Both the position numbers and the translations under genes were made by a program. From a virus: a stretch of 64,000 nucleotides of DNA. Where the stretch lies: the IMG/VR virus record IMGVR_UViG_3300009370_000003; one strand, 5' to 3'. The stretch's first letter is position 1; the number at the start of each line of letters is the position of its first letter. This document shows, piece after piece, positions 10,670-18,845 of this stretch. The notes beneath the pieces are model-generated. The model was not told the origin of the DNA. It saw only the letters and a program-made list of their open reading frames with translations, and searched no databases.

Positions 10670-11381
10670 ATCTTCTTTTCTCGTCTAATACTGCAATCTC
10701 ATCTCCTCGTAATACGATTGACCGTCTGTCTAAGTATTTAGCTTTTTTATGAGGTGCCTCTGCACCGTGTGGTATTCTTCCGTCAAACATTAATAATCTA
10801 TTTGGAACAAAATCAACAGAACCAATTTCAAGGCGATCCATTTCTTTTAAAATCCCCATAGGAATAGTATCTTTATAAAATCTTAATCTTCCACCAAAAT
10901 TTGGGTTCCAAAAACTATTTGAGTAGTATAAAAAAGAAAGGCTCCATTCATCTTCTTGAGAAGCATCTGAATGACATGTTCCATGTTGTCCATGTGTTTG
11001 AGAATTGCCACCCATATATTGAAACCTAACCCAATCAAAACCAAAATCAGTTCGGATTTTTCTATCTAACCACCTCATTAAAGGTTTATTTGGATTGTCT
11101 CCAGCTGGAGTGAAGTCTATCCCAGCAAAATAAGAACAACCCCATAATTGGTGATTTGGTAAACCACCTCTATTAGGAATGTTACCGTTTACTTGATTAT
11201 TTTTAGACCAAGCAGTTCTTCTGTGTAATTCATCATCTACATTTTTCCACAATGAAGTTTCTAGATAATTATCTAGAACATAAACATTGTTCTCTAATGG
11301 AAAACTGTCCTGAATATAGAAAGGCTCGTCTATAAAATGGACATTGATATTATCCAGCGTCATTTGGTTGTAACCCACCAC
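10656..11381 (-). CDS. 2OG-Fe(II) oxygenase (prolyl-hydroxylase-like)
   Basis: HxD (CHSD), W..NFGG.L.F, PNRLLMFDGRIPHGA and the distal R typical of the double-stranded beta-helix fold. Confidence 0.85.
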   Translation of the reverse strand: MVGYNQMTLDNINVHFIDEPFYIQDSFPLENNVYVLDNYLETSLWKNVDDELHRRTAWSKNNQVNGNIPNRGGLPNHQLWGCSYFAGIDFTPAGDNPNKPLMRWLDRKIRTDFGFDWVRFQYMGGNSQTHGQHGTCHSDASQEDEWSLSFLYYSNSFWNPNFGGRLRFYKDTIPMGILKEMDRLEIGSVDFVPNRLLMFDGRIPHGAEAPHKKAKYLDRRSIVLRGDEIAVLDEKRRYAND

Positions 11382-11928
11382 TGCTTCTCAAATGAGAAGG
11401 TGGAGGCAGCTGCATTAAGTATTCCTCTAAAGGTTTAAGAGTATCTTCTCTTGTTATCGATATCTCTCTGAATACTTCTTCAGCAACACAAGCCAATGCG
11501 TCTGTATATTCCAAAACCCTTCGGGCATTTGATCTGTGTGGATGCGCTGACCCTTCACGAGCAGCAATAGAAACTTCTACTATATCATCAAAACCATACT
11601 GTTCGACTTGTTGATAAGTGTTTCTTCTAACCCCTTCTGCAACTCGACCAGCATATTGTTGATTTAAACTAACCCCACTTGGTGGTTCAGAATTTTCAAT
11701 ATAAGCTTCGATTGCGTCCTTTTCATTTTCAGATAAAGGAAGTTTTGCTTGTTCGTCAAGCTCTTTACCGTCTTCCCATTCTTCAACTTTGCATTCAATA
11801 TCATCATATATTATAACTTGATAGTCAAATCCTAAGTCAGGAGCGTCAACACTTTCATGTCTCCACTCTAATCCATTTGGTTTTCTTATAAAAAGATTTC
11901 CGTTTTCGCAGTAAACTAATGCATTCAT
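11350..11928 (-). CDS. Hypothetical protein (possible fibre assembly chaperone)
   Basis: Acidic 192-aa ORF in the operon. The helical C-terminus (YGFDDI..V...LEEYLMQLP) loosely resembles tail-fibre assembly proteins. Confidence 0.45.
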   Translation of the reverse strand: MNALVYCENGNLFIRKPNGLEWRHESVDAPDLGFDYQVIIYDDIECKVEEWEDGKELDEQAKLPLSENEKDAIEAYIENSEPPSGVSLNQQYAGRVAEGVRRNTYQQVEQYGFDDIVEVSIAAREGSAHPHRSNARRVLEYTDALACVAEEVFREISITREDTLKPLEEYLMQLPPPSHLRSSGGLQPNDAG

Positions 11929-11938
11929 ATTAACTCCA

Positions 11939-13567
11939 TTATACCTTTAACATTCTTTTATATGTTTCATATACTTCTAACATATTTATGTGTTCACAAT
12001 CCATGCCTTTTATCCATGGGCCACCTCTTGTATAGTGAACTGCATGGTGACTATTTAACATGGTTTTTTCATATCCTTCGGTTGCAATTTTATCATGTGG
12101 TATCTTACTAATTTGATTAGTCCATTCAAACTGGTGTAAAAACTGACCACTTGCAGTATTAACTACTTCGGGTGTTAATTTCCTACAATCTTCATGACCA
12201 TTATTAAATATCATCATACTAGACCACAATTTTTTAGGATATGAAACATTCTTTTCTCCACCCATTTTTGTCTCGTCATGCTCTTTAAAATCATATTGAA
12301 CACATGCAATAGCATGATCAGGGTCTAAGAAATAAAATAAAGACATAGGTGAATATTTCCATATGTAGTCATCGTCTATAAAGAAACTAAATCCTTCATA
12401 GTTTTCTAAATATGGAATTAAGAATCTACTGTAAGTAAACTCTGTCGATTGATTTGCGTAGTCCCTATTATATTCGGGAATTTGGCTTATGTCAAGTTTC
12501 TTAACTTCTACTTTGTAATCATTAAAAAACTCTTGGCCATCGCCACCGCTTCTACATTTATCTATTGAATCGTGTATAGAATTCTCTGCAATTTTAAATA
12601 TATCACTATGAGAAGAATCATAGCCAAGATAGATATTAACTGGTTTCTTTTTACATAATTTAGTTACTTTTTTATTAAAATCATAAACATAATCTCTAAA
12701 ATTTAACCCACCAACATTACTAGGAGACCATTCAATCTTACCGTCTCTAGTGTATATAGCTGTGAGTGAGTCTCCCTTTACTGTGTCTTTCCAATAATCT
12801 AAGATATCATCTAAAGTCATTGAGTCAATGTTAGGAAATAAATTTGTATAATCTGTAACTAAAATAGGAAGTTCAGGTATGTCTATTGTTTCAAATACCT
12901 TTGAACGAATCGAGCCGGGATGAATGCTTATCTTAGGTATAATATCGTGCTCTTCTCCATCGGCCCCAAGGTATTTACCACCAGCTGCAGTATGTCCTTG
13001 TATGCATTGCCAGAGACCTTCTTTTTGTATATTATTAATCAACCAGTGTGCTTTTGCAGCGTGATAATATTGTGCTTGTAATGCATTTTCTTCGTCTATA
13101 TTTAACTTATTACAATCAGGGTGGTCACTAACAGTTGATAACCATTGATACTCATCATCTGTATTTTTAAAATCCATAGAACCACCTTTTACAGGGTGGT
13201 CGGGTCTAGGTTCTTGAGAATATCCTAAATGAAGGTATCTATGATATTGTAATGAATTATGATGCAACTGTTGATATCCCATCAACTTCCCAGCATCTAT
13301 TAATTTTTTAACTTCTGACCATGGAACCATTCGTATCGGAGGTTGTTGTGAGACAACATACTCCATTATCTTATAAGTTTCTGTCTCTTTATACTTGCCC
13401 GGCAGAACGGGTGCATCGTGGGGATTAATAAAACTTATAGAACCTAAGTTAAATTCCTGAACCTCACCGCGTGACGGAGACCCGTGAGAATTTTTTACCT
13501 CATCGAGGTCTCTACGGAATGTGAATTTGCGGGCTTCCTCAAGTGTTTCTATCTTCACCATAGTCAT
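11939..13567 (-). CDS. Fusion of an unknown N-terminal domain and a GT-A glycosyltransferase
   Basis: C-terminal domain has IYLGYDS, STEFTYSRFLIPYL, FIDDD (DxD), YPKKLWSSMMIFN, FLHQFEW and HYTRGGPW. Confidence 0.85.
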   Translation of the reverse strand: MTMVKIETLEEARKFTFRRDLDEVKNSHGSPSRGEVQEFNLGSISFINPHDAPVLPGKYKETETYKIMEYVVSQQPPIRMVPWSEVKKLIDAGKLMGYQQLHHNSLQYHRYLHLGYSQEPRPDHPVKGGSMDFKNTDDEYQWLSTVSDHPDCNKLNIDEENALQAQYYHAAKAHWLINNIQKEGLWQCIQGHTAAGGKYLGADGEEHDIIPKISIHPGSIRSKVFETIDIPELPILVTDYTNLFPNIDSMTLDDILDYWKDTVKGDSLTAIYTRDGKIEWSPSNVGGLNFRDYVYDFNKKVTKLCKKKPVNIYLGYDSSHSDIFKIAENSIHDSIDKCRSGGDGQEFFNDYKVEVKKLDISQIPEYNRDYANQSTEFTYSRFLIPYLENYEGFSFFIDDDYIWKYSPMSLFYFLDPDHAIACVQYDFKEHDETKMGGEKNVSYPKKLWSSMMIFNNGHEDCRKLTPEVVNTASGQFLHQFEWTNQISKIPHDKIATEGYEKTMLNSHHAVHYTRGGPWIKGMDCEHINMLEVYETYKRMLKV

Positions 13568-13588
13568 AATTATATTTAGTGATTTACT

Positions 13589-14515
13589 TTAAGAGGTAAT
13601 CGGAGTCGCAGGCCACTGTTGTTGTAATACGCCATCCCATCTTGGAACTGGTGTTCGACCAGCCCTTTGATAAGTGAATGGACTTCTATGATCATATGTT
13701 GTAGGAGTTTGACCTTGTCTAGCATAGGTAAACGGAGACCTATAATTATAAGTGAACGGGGTTTGTCCAGTTCTCTGATAAGTAAACGGAGACCTATGTT
13801 GATATGTATCAGGAGTTTGTCCAGTTCTCTGATAAGTAAATGGACTCCTATGGTCATAGGTATAAGGTGACCTATGGTCATATATTACTGGTTGTCTTGA
13901 ATCTCTAATATTAGGTTCTTGAATGTTCCTGATATTAGGTTCTTGTTGGTTCCTGATATTAGGTTCTTGTTGATTTCTAATGTTAGGTTCTTGAGCTGAC
14001 CTAATGTTAGGTTCTTGTGCATTAGAAGGACTTTGAGCATTCTTAATAGTCGGTTGTTGAGCAGACTTAATCGTAGGTTGTTGTGCCGCAACTGGATTCC
14101 TATAGGTAAACGGTGACCTATATTGATAAGTATTCGGCTGTCTTGCCGCATTTTGATAAGTAAACGGCGACCTATGGTTATAGGTAAACGGTGACCTATG
14201 GTTATATGTGCCTGGCGACCTCCAAGTGTAGGTAAACGGCGACCTATGGTTATAGGTAAACGGTGACCTATGTTGATAAATGGTCGGTTGTCTTGCTTGT
14301 GCGATAAATGGTTGTCTCGCAGGTGCTTGATAAGTGGTCGGTTGCCTTGCCTGTGCAATAAAAGGTTGTCTCGCAGGTGCTTGATAAGTGGTCGGTTGCC
14401 TTGCCTGTGCAATAAATGGTTGTCTCGCAGGTGCTTGGTATATTACAGGCTGCCGTGCCTGTGCAATAAACGGCTGTCTTGCGTTTCCGATAAATGGTGA
14501 TTGATAAAAAGGCAT
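13589..14515 (-). CDS. Proline-punctuated repeat protein A (308 aa), mirror partner of protein B
   Basis: 34 units of 6, 8 or 10 aa over aa 7-288, including PFIAQARQ, PTTYQAPARQ, PFTYNHRS, PNIRNQQE and PFTYQRTGQT. Confidence 0.85.
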   Translation of the reverse strand: MPFYQSPFIGNARQPFIAQARQPVIYQAPARQPFIAQARQPTTYQAPARQPFIAQARQPTTYQAPARQPFIAQARQPTIYQHRSPFTYNHRSPFTYTWRSPGTYNHRSPFTYNHRSPFTYQNAARQPNTYQYRSPFTYRNPVAAQQPTIKSAQQPTIKNAQSPSNAQEPNIRSAQEPNIRNQQEPNIRNQQEPNIRNIQEPNIRDSRQPVIYDHRSPYTYDHRSPFTYQRTGQTPDTYQHRSPFTYQRTGQTPFTYNYRSPFTYARQGQTPTTYDHRSPFTYQRAGRTPVPRWDGVLQQQWPATPITS

Positions 14516-15405
14516 TATTCTTTCTCCCCGCCTGGCGGTTGTCCACTATAATATAGTGGAATCCTTGCTTGATAAGTAAACGGGTTCTGTGCATTATGCG
14601 TAAACGGACTTTGTTTACTCGCAGAATAGGTAAACGGGTTCTGTGCATTATGTGTAAACGGATTCTGTCTATTTGCTGGATAGGTAAATGGATTCTGTGC
14701 ATTATGCGTAAACGGATTCTGTCTATTTGCTGGATAAGTAAACGGGTTCTGTGCATTATGTGTAAACGGATTCTGTCTATTTCTACTATTCGGTTCCTGT
14801 CCTGACCTAATGTTAGGTTCCTGTCCTGACCTAATGTTAGGTTCTTGGAAATTCCTAATGACAGGTTGCTGACTTGACCTAATGTTAGGTTCTTGAGCAT
14901 TCGCTGGATAAGTAAACGGAGTCTGACTTGACCTAATGTTAGGTTCCTGTGCATTTACAGGATTTCTATATGTAAATGGAGACCTGTGATTGTAAGTAAA
15001 TGGAGACCTGTGATTGTAAGTAAACGGGTTCCTATATGTGAACGGAGACCTATGGTCATAAGTAAACGGCGACCTGTGATTGTAAGTTAAAGGACTTCTG
15101 TGGTTATAAGTAGTAGGACTTCTGTGGTCGTAAGTATACGGTGACCTATGGTCGTAAGTAAACGGACTTTGTTTACTCCTACTATTCGGTTGTTGAATAT
15201 TTCTTATGTTTGGTTCTTGAGCATTCGCAATATAAGGATAGGGATTTTGTCTATCCCTTATATTAGGTTCCTGTGCAGCTGCAATATAAGGATACGGTTG
15301 TTGTGCATTTCTTATATTAGGTTCTTGACCATTCGCGATATAAGGATAAGCATTTTGCCTATTTCTTATATTAGGTTCTTGAGCTGTTGCAATATATGGA
15401 TAAGG
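13652..15405 (-). repeat. Coding tandem repeats with 18/24/30-bp units and 54-bp higher-order units
   Basis: Visible near-identical DNA units such as gtaaacggtgacctatggttatag, attaggttcttg... and aaacgggttctgtgcattatg. Confidence 0.9.
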
Positions 15406-15570
15406 GTTTTGAACTGCTTCTTGCCCAGACGCATCATTCCATGTCGCCGGGCCGGTTTTTGCATATATTTGATCAACAGCCTTCCAAGTAGACGCACCTG
15501 TCTTTACCCAAGCACCTTGAGTTGCGTTCCAACCTGTAGGGGTCTTAACCTTCTGATTACCTGATGCCAT
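14515..15570 (-). CDS. Proline-punctuated repeat protein B (351 aa)
   Basis: N-terminal (V/A)KTxxxW beta repeats, then 34 units over aa 56-337. TAATG overlap with protein A. Confidence 0.85.
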   Translation of the reverse strand: MASGNQKVKTPTGWNATQGAWVKTGASTWKAVDQIYAKTGPATWNDASGQEAVQNPYPYIATAQEPNIRNRQNAYPYIANGQEPNIRNAQQPYPYIAAAQEPNIRDRQNPYPYIANAQEPNIRNIQQPNSRSKQSPFTYDHRSPYTYDHRSPTTYNHRSPLTYNHRSPFTYDHRSPFTYRNPFTYNHRSPFTYNHRSPFTYRNPVNAQEPNIRSSQTPFTYPANAQEPNIRSSQQPVIRNFQEPNIRSGQEPNIRSGQEPNSRNRQNPFTHNAQNPFTYPANRQNPFTHNAQNPFTYPANRQNPFTHNAQNPFTYSASKQSPFTHNAQNPFTYQARIPLYYSGQPPGGEKE

Positions 15571-15593
15571 TTATCCTCACCTACTCTTAACTA

Positions 15594-17216
15594 TTAAGAG
15601 TATAAAATCCACAAGTCACCAACGGCCCCATCTCCTCCTGTAGGTGCTGAAGTTGACTGATACACATTTCTTGCTGTCCCACCACTATTTGTGGCATTTG
15701 TTATTGTCACCGCACCAACCGACAATGGAGCTACAGAAATAGTTAAACCTCCTGTTGAAGCACCCGTGTCTGTTGTGGTTCCTAATATGAAACTATCTGC
15801 AGATTCGTCCCAACCCATAAATCCGTTATTACCTGTTGACCCTCTTTCAAGAATCAAACCAAGGTCATTAGAGTTAGAACCTGTATTACCTGAACCAAGT
15901 TCGATTAATGCATCTTCAATAGTAGTATTAGTTGCACTATTAGTAACGGTTGCACCATTAACTGTTAAATTTCCTGATACTATGACATCATCAAATGTTA
16001 CATCGTCTGATGTGCCAACTGCCTGTCCGATACTGAACTGGCCACCTGAATAGGTAACACCTGTTCCAGCACTTAAATGTGCTCTTACTTCTGCAGCACT
16101 CGGGCCTGTATATGTGAATACACCTGTTGAATTATTATATGCAAGTGAACCATCTCCACCAGCATCTGTGACTGATACATCTGCTCTTACTAAAGCTTCT
16201 GTGTATTGTGTTATTGTAGTTGCAAGTGTTAAAGTTCCCGCTGCATCATCATATGTTGCTGTTATTCCTGTTCCAGCAGTTACCAAAGCAGCGACTCTAT
16301 CGTCTACTCTTTCTGATGTATGGTAAAGGTTACTTGAACCTTCTGATAATGCATCTGTGTCTGCAAGAACAGTTCCACCTAATGAAGTTGCAGAACCAGC
16401 GATTGTTATACTTGAATTTGAAAGTTTTGAATTTGAGATAGAACCTGCCAACATGGCATCTGTTATACCTAATGCTTTAACTCGAACTGCATCTGAACTT
16501 AATTCTACTGAACTTCCGTCTACACCTACTGCAAGAACACCACTTGACGCTGCAAGTCCGTTTCCTGCTATTGCTGTAACTACATCTGCTATTGCTTCTT
16601 TCTTACTTGAGTTATCTGTTGCATCTACTATTGCAAAACTGTCAGCTGCAACATCTACTGTAGCTGCTGTTAATTCGTTTAAGTCTAGTGCTAATGATAC
16701 TGCACCACTTGTTCCACCACCTGATAAACCGTCACCTGCTGTGACTCCTGTTAAATCTGCAGTTGTGGATAAAACACCATTTGTTGCAGTTATGTTTGTA
16801 CCTGCCATTGCTGTAGCAAGGTCTGCGATTGATTCTTTTCTCGAACCGTTACTGTCGTTTGCATCAATAATTGCAATACTATCGTTTGCAACATCTACTG
16901 AAGCTGCTGTTAATTCACTTAAGTCTAATGCAAGTGTGGCATCACCTGATGTCGCACCACCTGAAAGACCGTCTCCAGCAACAACACTTGATATGTCACC
17001 TGTTTCTGCATCTCTTGTGATTGTTAGGGTTCCGGCTCCATCATTATATGATAATGATATACCCGAACCAGCTGTCATTAAAGTGTTTACTTGGTCATCG
17101 ATTGCTTCTAATGCAGCGGTTCCAAATGCAGCTGCAGTTAAGTCTCCTGAACTGTCAATTACTTCGGTTGCACCTACATTCAGCCCGTTTTTTATTCTAA
17201 AATTCTGCGCTGCCAT
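15594..17216 (-). CDS. Tail fibre / stalk-like structural protein
   Basis: G/T/A/S/D-rich, with a duplicated AGDGLSGG..SG...LALDL.ELTAA.VDVA.DS.AI.DA block and a C-terminal STSAPTGGDGAVGDLWILYS. Confidence 0.75.
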   Translation of the reverse strand: MAAQNFRIKNGLNVGATEVIDSSGDLTAAAFGTAALEAIDDQVNTLMTAGSGISLSYNDGAGTLTITRDAETGDISSVVAGDGLSGGATSGDATLALDLSELTAASVDVANDSIAIIDANDSNGSRKESIADLATAMAGTNITATNGVLSTTADLTGVTAGDGLSGGGTSGAVSLALDLNELTAATVDVAADSFAIVDATDNSSKKEAIADVVTAIAGNGLAASSGVLAVGVDGSSVELSSDAVRVKALGITDAMLAGSISNSKLSNSSITIAGSATSLGGTVLADTDALSEGSSNLYHTSERVDDRVAALVTAGTGITATYDDAAGTLTLATTITQYTEALVRADVSVTDAGGDGSLAYNNSTGVFTYTGPSAAEVRAHLSAGTGVTYSGGQFSIGQAVGTSDDVTFDDVIVSGNLTVNGATVTNSATNTTIEDALIELGSGNTGSNSNDLGLILERGSTGNNGFMGWDESADSFILGTTTDTGASTGGLTISVAPLSVGAVTITNATNSGGTARNVYQSTSAPTGGDGAVGDLWILYS

Positions 17217-17449
17217 TAAAAGGTTCCTCCGTCAATAGTAGCACCCCGAATGGTCTTCGCCTCTGATGCATCCGCTAGATGGGTGTCAACTCTAGTAGTC
17301 GTGAAGTAAAGTTTAGTAGAACCTTCTGATATGTCATCAGTATCCAAGGTAGAGACGGCAGAAGATACTACCTTCCCACTTGCATTGATGACTTCGGTTG
17401 ATCCACTATTATATCCATACTCTGATCTGAAATTTTTTGTGTCTGCCAT
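17216..17449 (-). CDS. Small fibre adaptor-like protein
   Basis: N-terminal KNFR motif, TDDISEGSTKLYFT motif (also seen in the 540-aa neighbour) and C-terminal IDGGTF. Confidence 0.6.
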   Translation of the reverse strand: MADTKNFRSEYGYNSGSTEVINASGKVVSSAVSTLDTDDISEGSTKLYFTTTRVDTHLADASEAKTIRGATIDGGTF

Positions 17450-17495
17450 TTTTAGTGTGTCCCTAAATTATGTTTCATTTAGTTGATTATAAGAT

Positions 17496-17503
17496 TATTT
17501 ATA
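17496..17503 (-). promoter_or_regulatory. Late promoter TATAAATA
   Basis: Exact consensus just downstream of a terminator. Would drive 17449 through the repeat genes. Confidence 0.75.
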
Positions 17504-17521
17504 GGAATGGACTCCCTAAGT

Positions 17522-17550
17522 AAAAAGAAAAAGGGCCCGTAGGCCCTTTT
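17522..17550 (-). terminator. Rho-independent terminator
   Basis: Minus strand reads AAAAGGGCC-TACG-GGCCCTTTTTCTTTTT. Confidence 0.85.
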
Positions 17551-17569
17551 AATTTAGATTATTTTAAAC

Positions 17570-17980
17570 TTATGCATCTATTAGCGTTCTTTCAAACTTA
17601 ATTGTAGTTGAGTTTGCAGAAGCGGGTGTGCATTTGAGTCTAACATCTGAACCACTGATGTCTGCATCAAAGGTCGCAAGTGCTGTATCTAACAGTGTCC
17701 CATATGAAGTCAATGTGACTGTAGTTCCGTCATGAACTAACATAATTTCCGTAGAATGGAAATTAGTTCCTTCTGACATTGCAACGATATACCGTGCAGC
17801 TCTAAAGCTTGCATGTGCAAAAGTGTCAAGATTAAACTGTGATGTAGAAGTTTTGCTTGTAGCAGCCTTCTTACTGTTTTTATCATGCATTTTTTTGCTG
17901 GTTTCGATTACATCGTCTGTAGAATTATAAGTCAAATGACGGACAAGTTCTGCAAGTTTAAATGCGTTTGTTATAGCCAT
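17570..17980 (-). CDS. Virion structural protein (beta domain shared with the C-terminus of 17992..18816)
   Basis: RAARYIV...HSTEIMLVHDG....SYG...FDADISGSDVRL.CTPA aligns with KAIKYVI...HAAEVLLINDG....QYG...SSDISGGNMRLLVTPA. Confidence 0.65.
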   Translation of the reverse strand: MAITNAFKLAELVRHLTYNSTDDVIETSKKMHDKNSKKAATSKTSTSQFNLDTFAHASFRAARYIVAMSEGTNFHSTEIMLVHDGTTVTLTSYGTLLDTALATFDADISGSDVRLKCTPASANSTTIKFERTLIDA

Positions 17981-17991
17981 ATCTTATCCTC

Positions 17992-18816
17992 CTACGAATG
18001 TCTTATTTGGAATGTGTCAATCGTTGTATTAGTGTTTGCTGGAGTCACGAGAAGTCTCATGTTTCCACCACTAATGTCACTACTTAAAGTGAACAACGAT
18101 GCGGTTGAAAATATATCTCCGTATTGAACGAAGTGTGCATTCGAACCGTCATTGATTAAAAGAACTTCTGCAGCGTGTGTGCCCGCAGAAGCATGAGTCG
18201 CGTTAATTACATACTTAATTGCTTTATTAGCAACTGCATTTGCAGATAACACTTGGTCGGCCGTTGTAGCAGCAAAGGAGCCTGCAGTATAATAACCTTG
18301 GACTAAGTCCGCAGCAGTTACACATACAATCTCGACAACATCTCCTGATATTGCGTTAGCAGCTAAAGTAACGGTGGTAGTGTTTGTAGCCGTATAGTCT
18401 GTTCCAGCATCAACAAGTTTTACACCATTTAAGTATACTTGTTCAGACCCTACTGTGTAGGATAAAGAAGCTCCGTCATCATCGTTTCCAGTGATGGCAG
18501 TAGTATTACTTGTAATTGTGTATTTAAATATTGATATGCCTGAACCACCAATGTCTCCAAAAGACAAGGTTCCTGAACCATTCGTCTTCATAACCTGACC
18601 GTTGGTTCCGTCACTCGTAGGAAATGTTATAGCATCATTGATTGTTAGAGAAGCTGGATTAGAACCGATTTCTGAAATTGCAGCTGACCCATCATTTTTT
18701 TCGGTATACATTCTACCATGATAGGTGTTTATTGCAATTTCCCCTAGAGCTAAATCACTCGTTGCTGGGACATCGTTCTGTGTCGAACTCCTTTTAAATT
18801 TGATCTCTGTTGCCAT
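17992..18816 (-). CDS. Tail fibre-like protein with an Mtd_N-like N-terminus
   Basis: IKFKRSS...LALGEIAIN, FPTSDGTNGQVMKTNGSGTLSF and VYLNGVKL. Confidence 0.7.
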   Translation of the reverse strand: MATEIKFKRSSTQNDVPATSDLALGEIAINTYHGRMYTEKNDGSAAISEIGSNPASLTINDAITFPTSDGTNGQVMKTNGSGTLSFGDIGGSGISIFKYTITSNTTAITGNDDDGASLSYTVGSEQVYLNGVKLVDAGTDYTATNTTTVTLAANAISGDVVEIVCVTAADLVQGYYTAGSFAATTADQVLSANAVANKAIKYVINATHASAGTHAAEVLLINDGSNAHFVQYGDIFSTASLFTLSSDISGGNMRLLVTPANTNTTIDTFQIRHS

Positions 18817-18845
18817 TGGTATCTCCTCCTAGATTAGATTATGGA

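Noticed and set aside
14100-14275. Small DNA palindromes ATAGGT...ACCTAT within the HRSPFTY codons
   Set aside because: Lost in many synonymous variants of the same repeat, so probably incidental.
13576-14954. Alternative-frame and antisense ORFs over the repeat genes (also 21616-23310)
   Set aside because: By-products of in-frame repeats lacking stop codons; no RBS or operon logic.
13650-15410. CRISPR array or other non-coding repeat array
   Set aside because: Units are multiples of 3 nt, vary at synonymous positions, have no unique spacers and lie in open frames. No cas genes are present.
13589-15570. Mirror symmetry caused by a DNA inverted repeat or inversion
   Set aside because: Both genes are on the same strand and the facing units are not reverse complements (CAAGAACCTAATATTAGA versus CATAGGTCACCGTTTACCTAT). 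The symmetry exists only at protein level.
16357-17238. Long antisense ORFs (also 30456-31100 and 51909-52832)
   Set aside because: Shadows of codon bias in the sense genes; no recognisable motifs.
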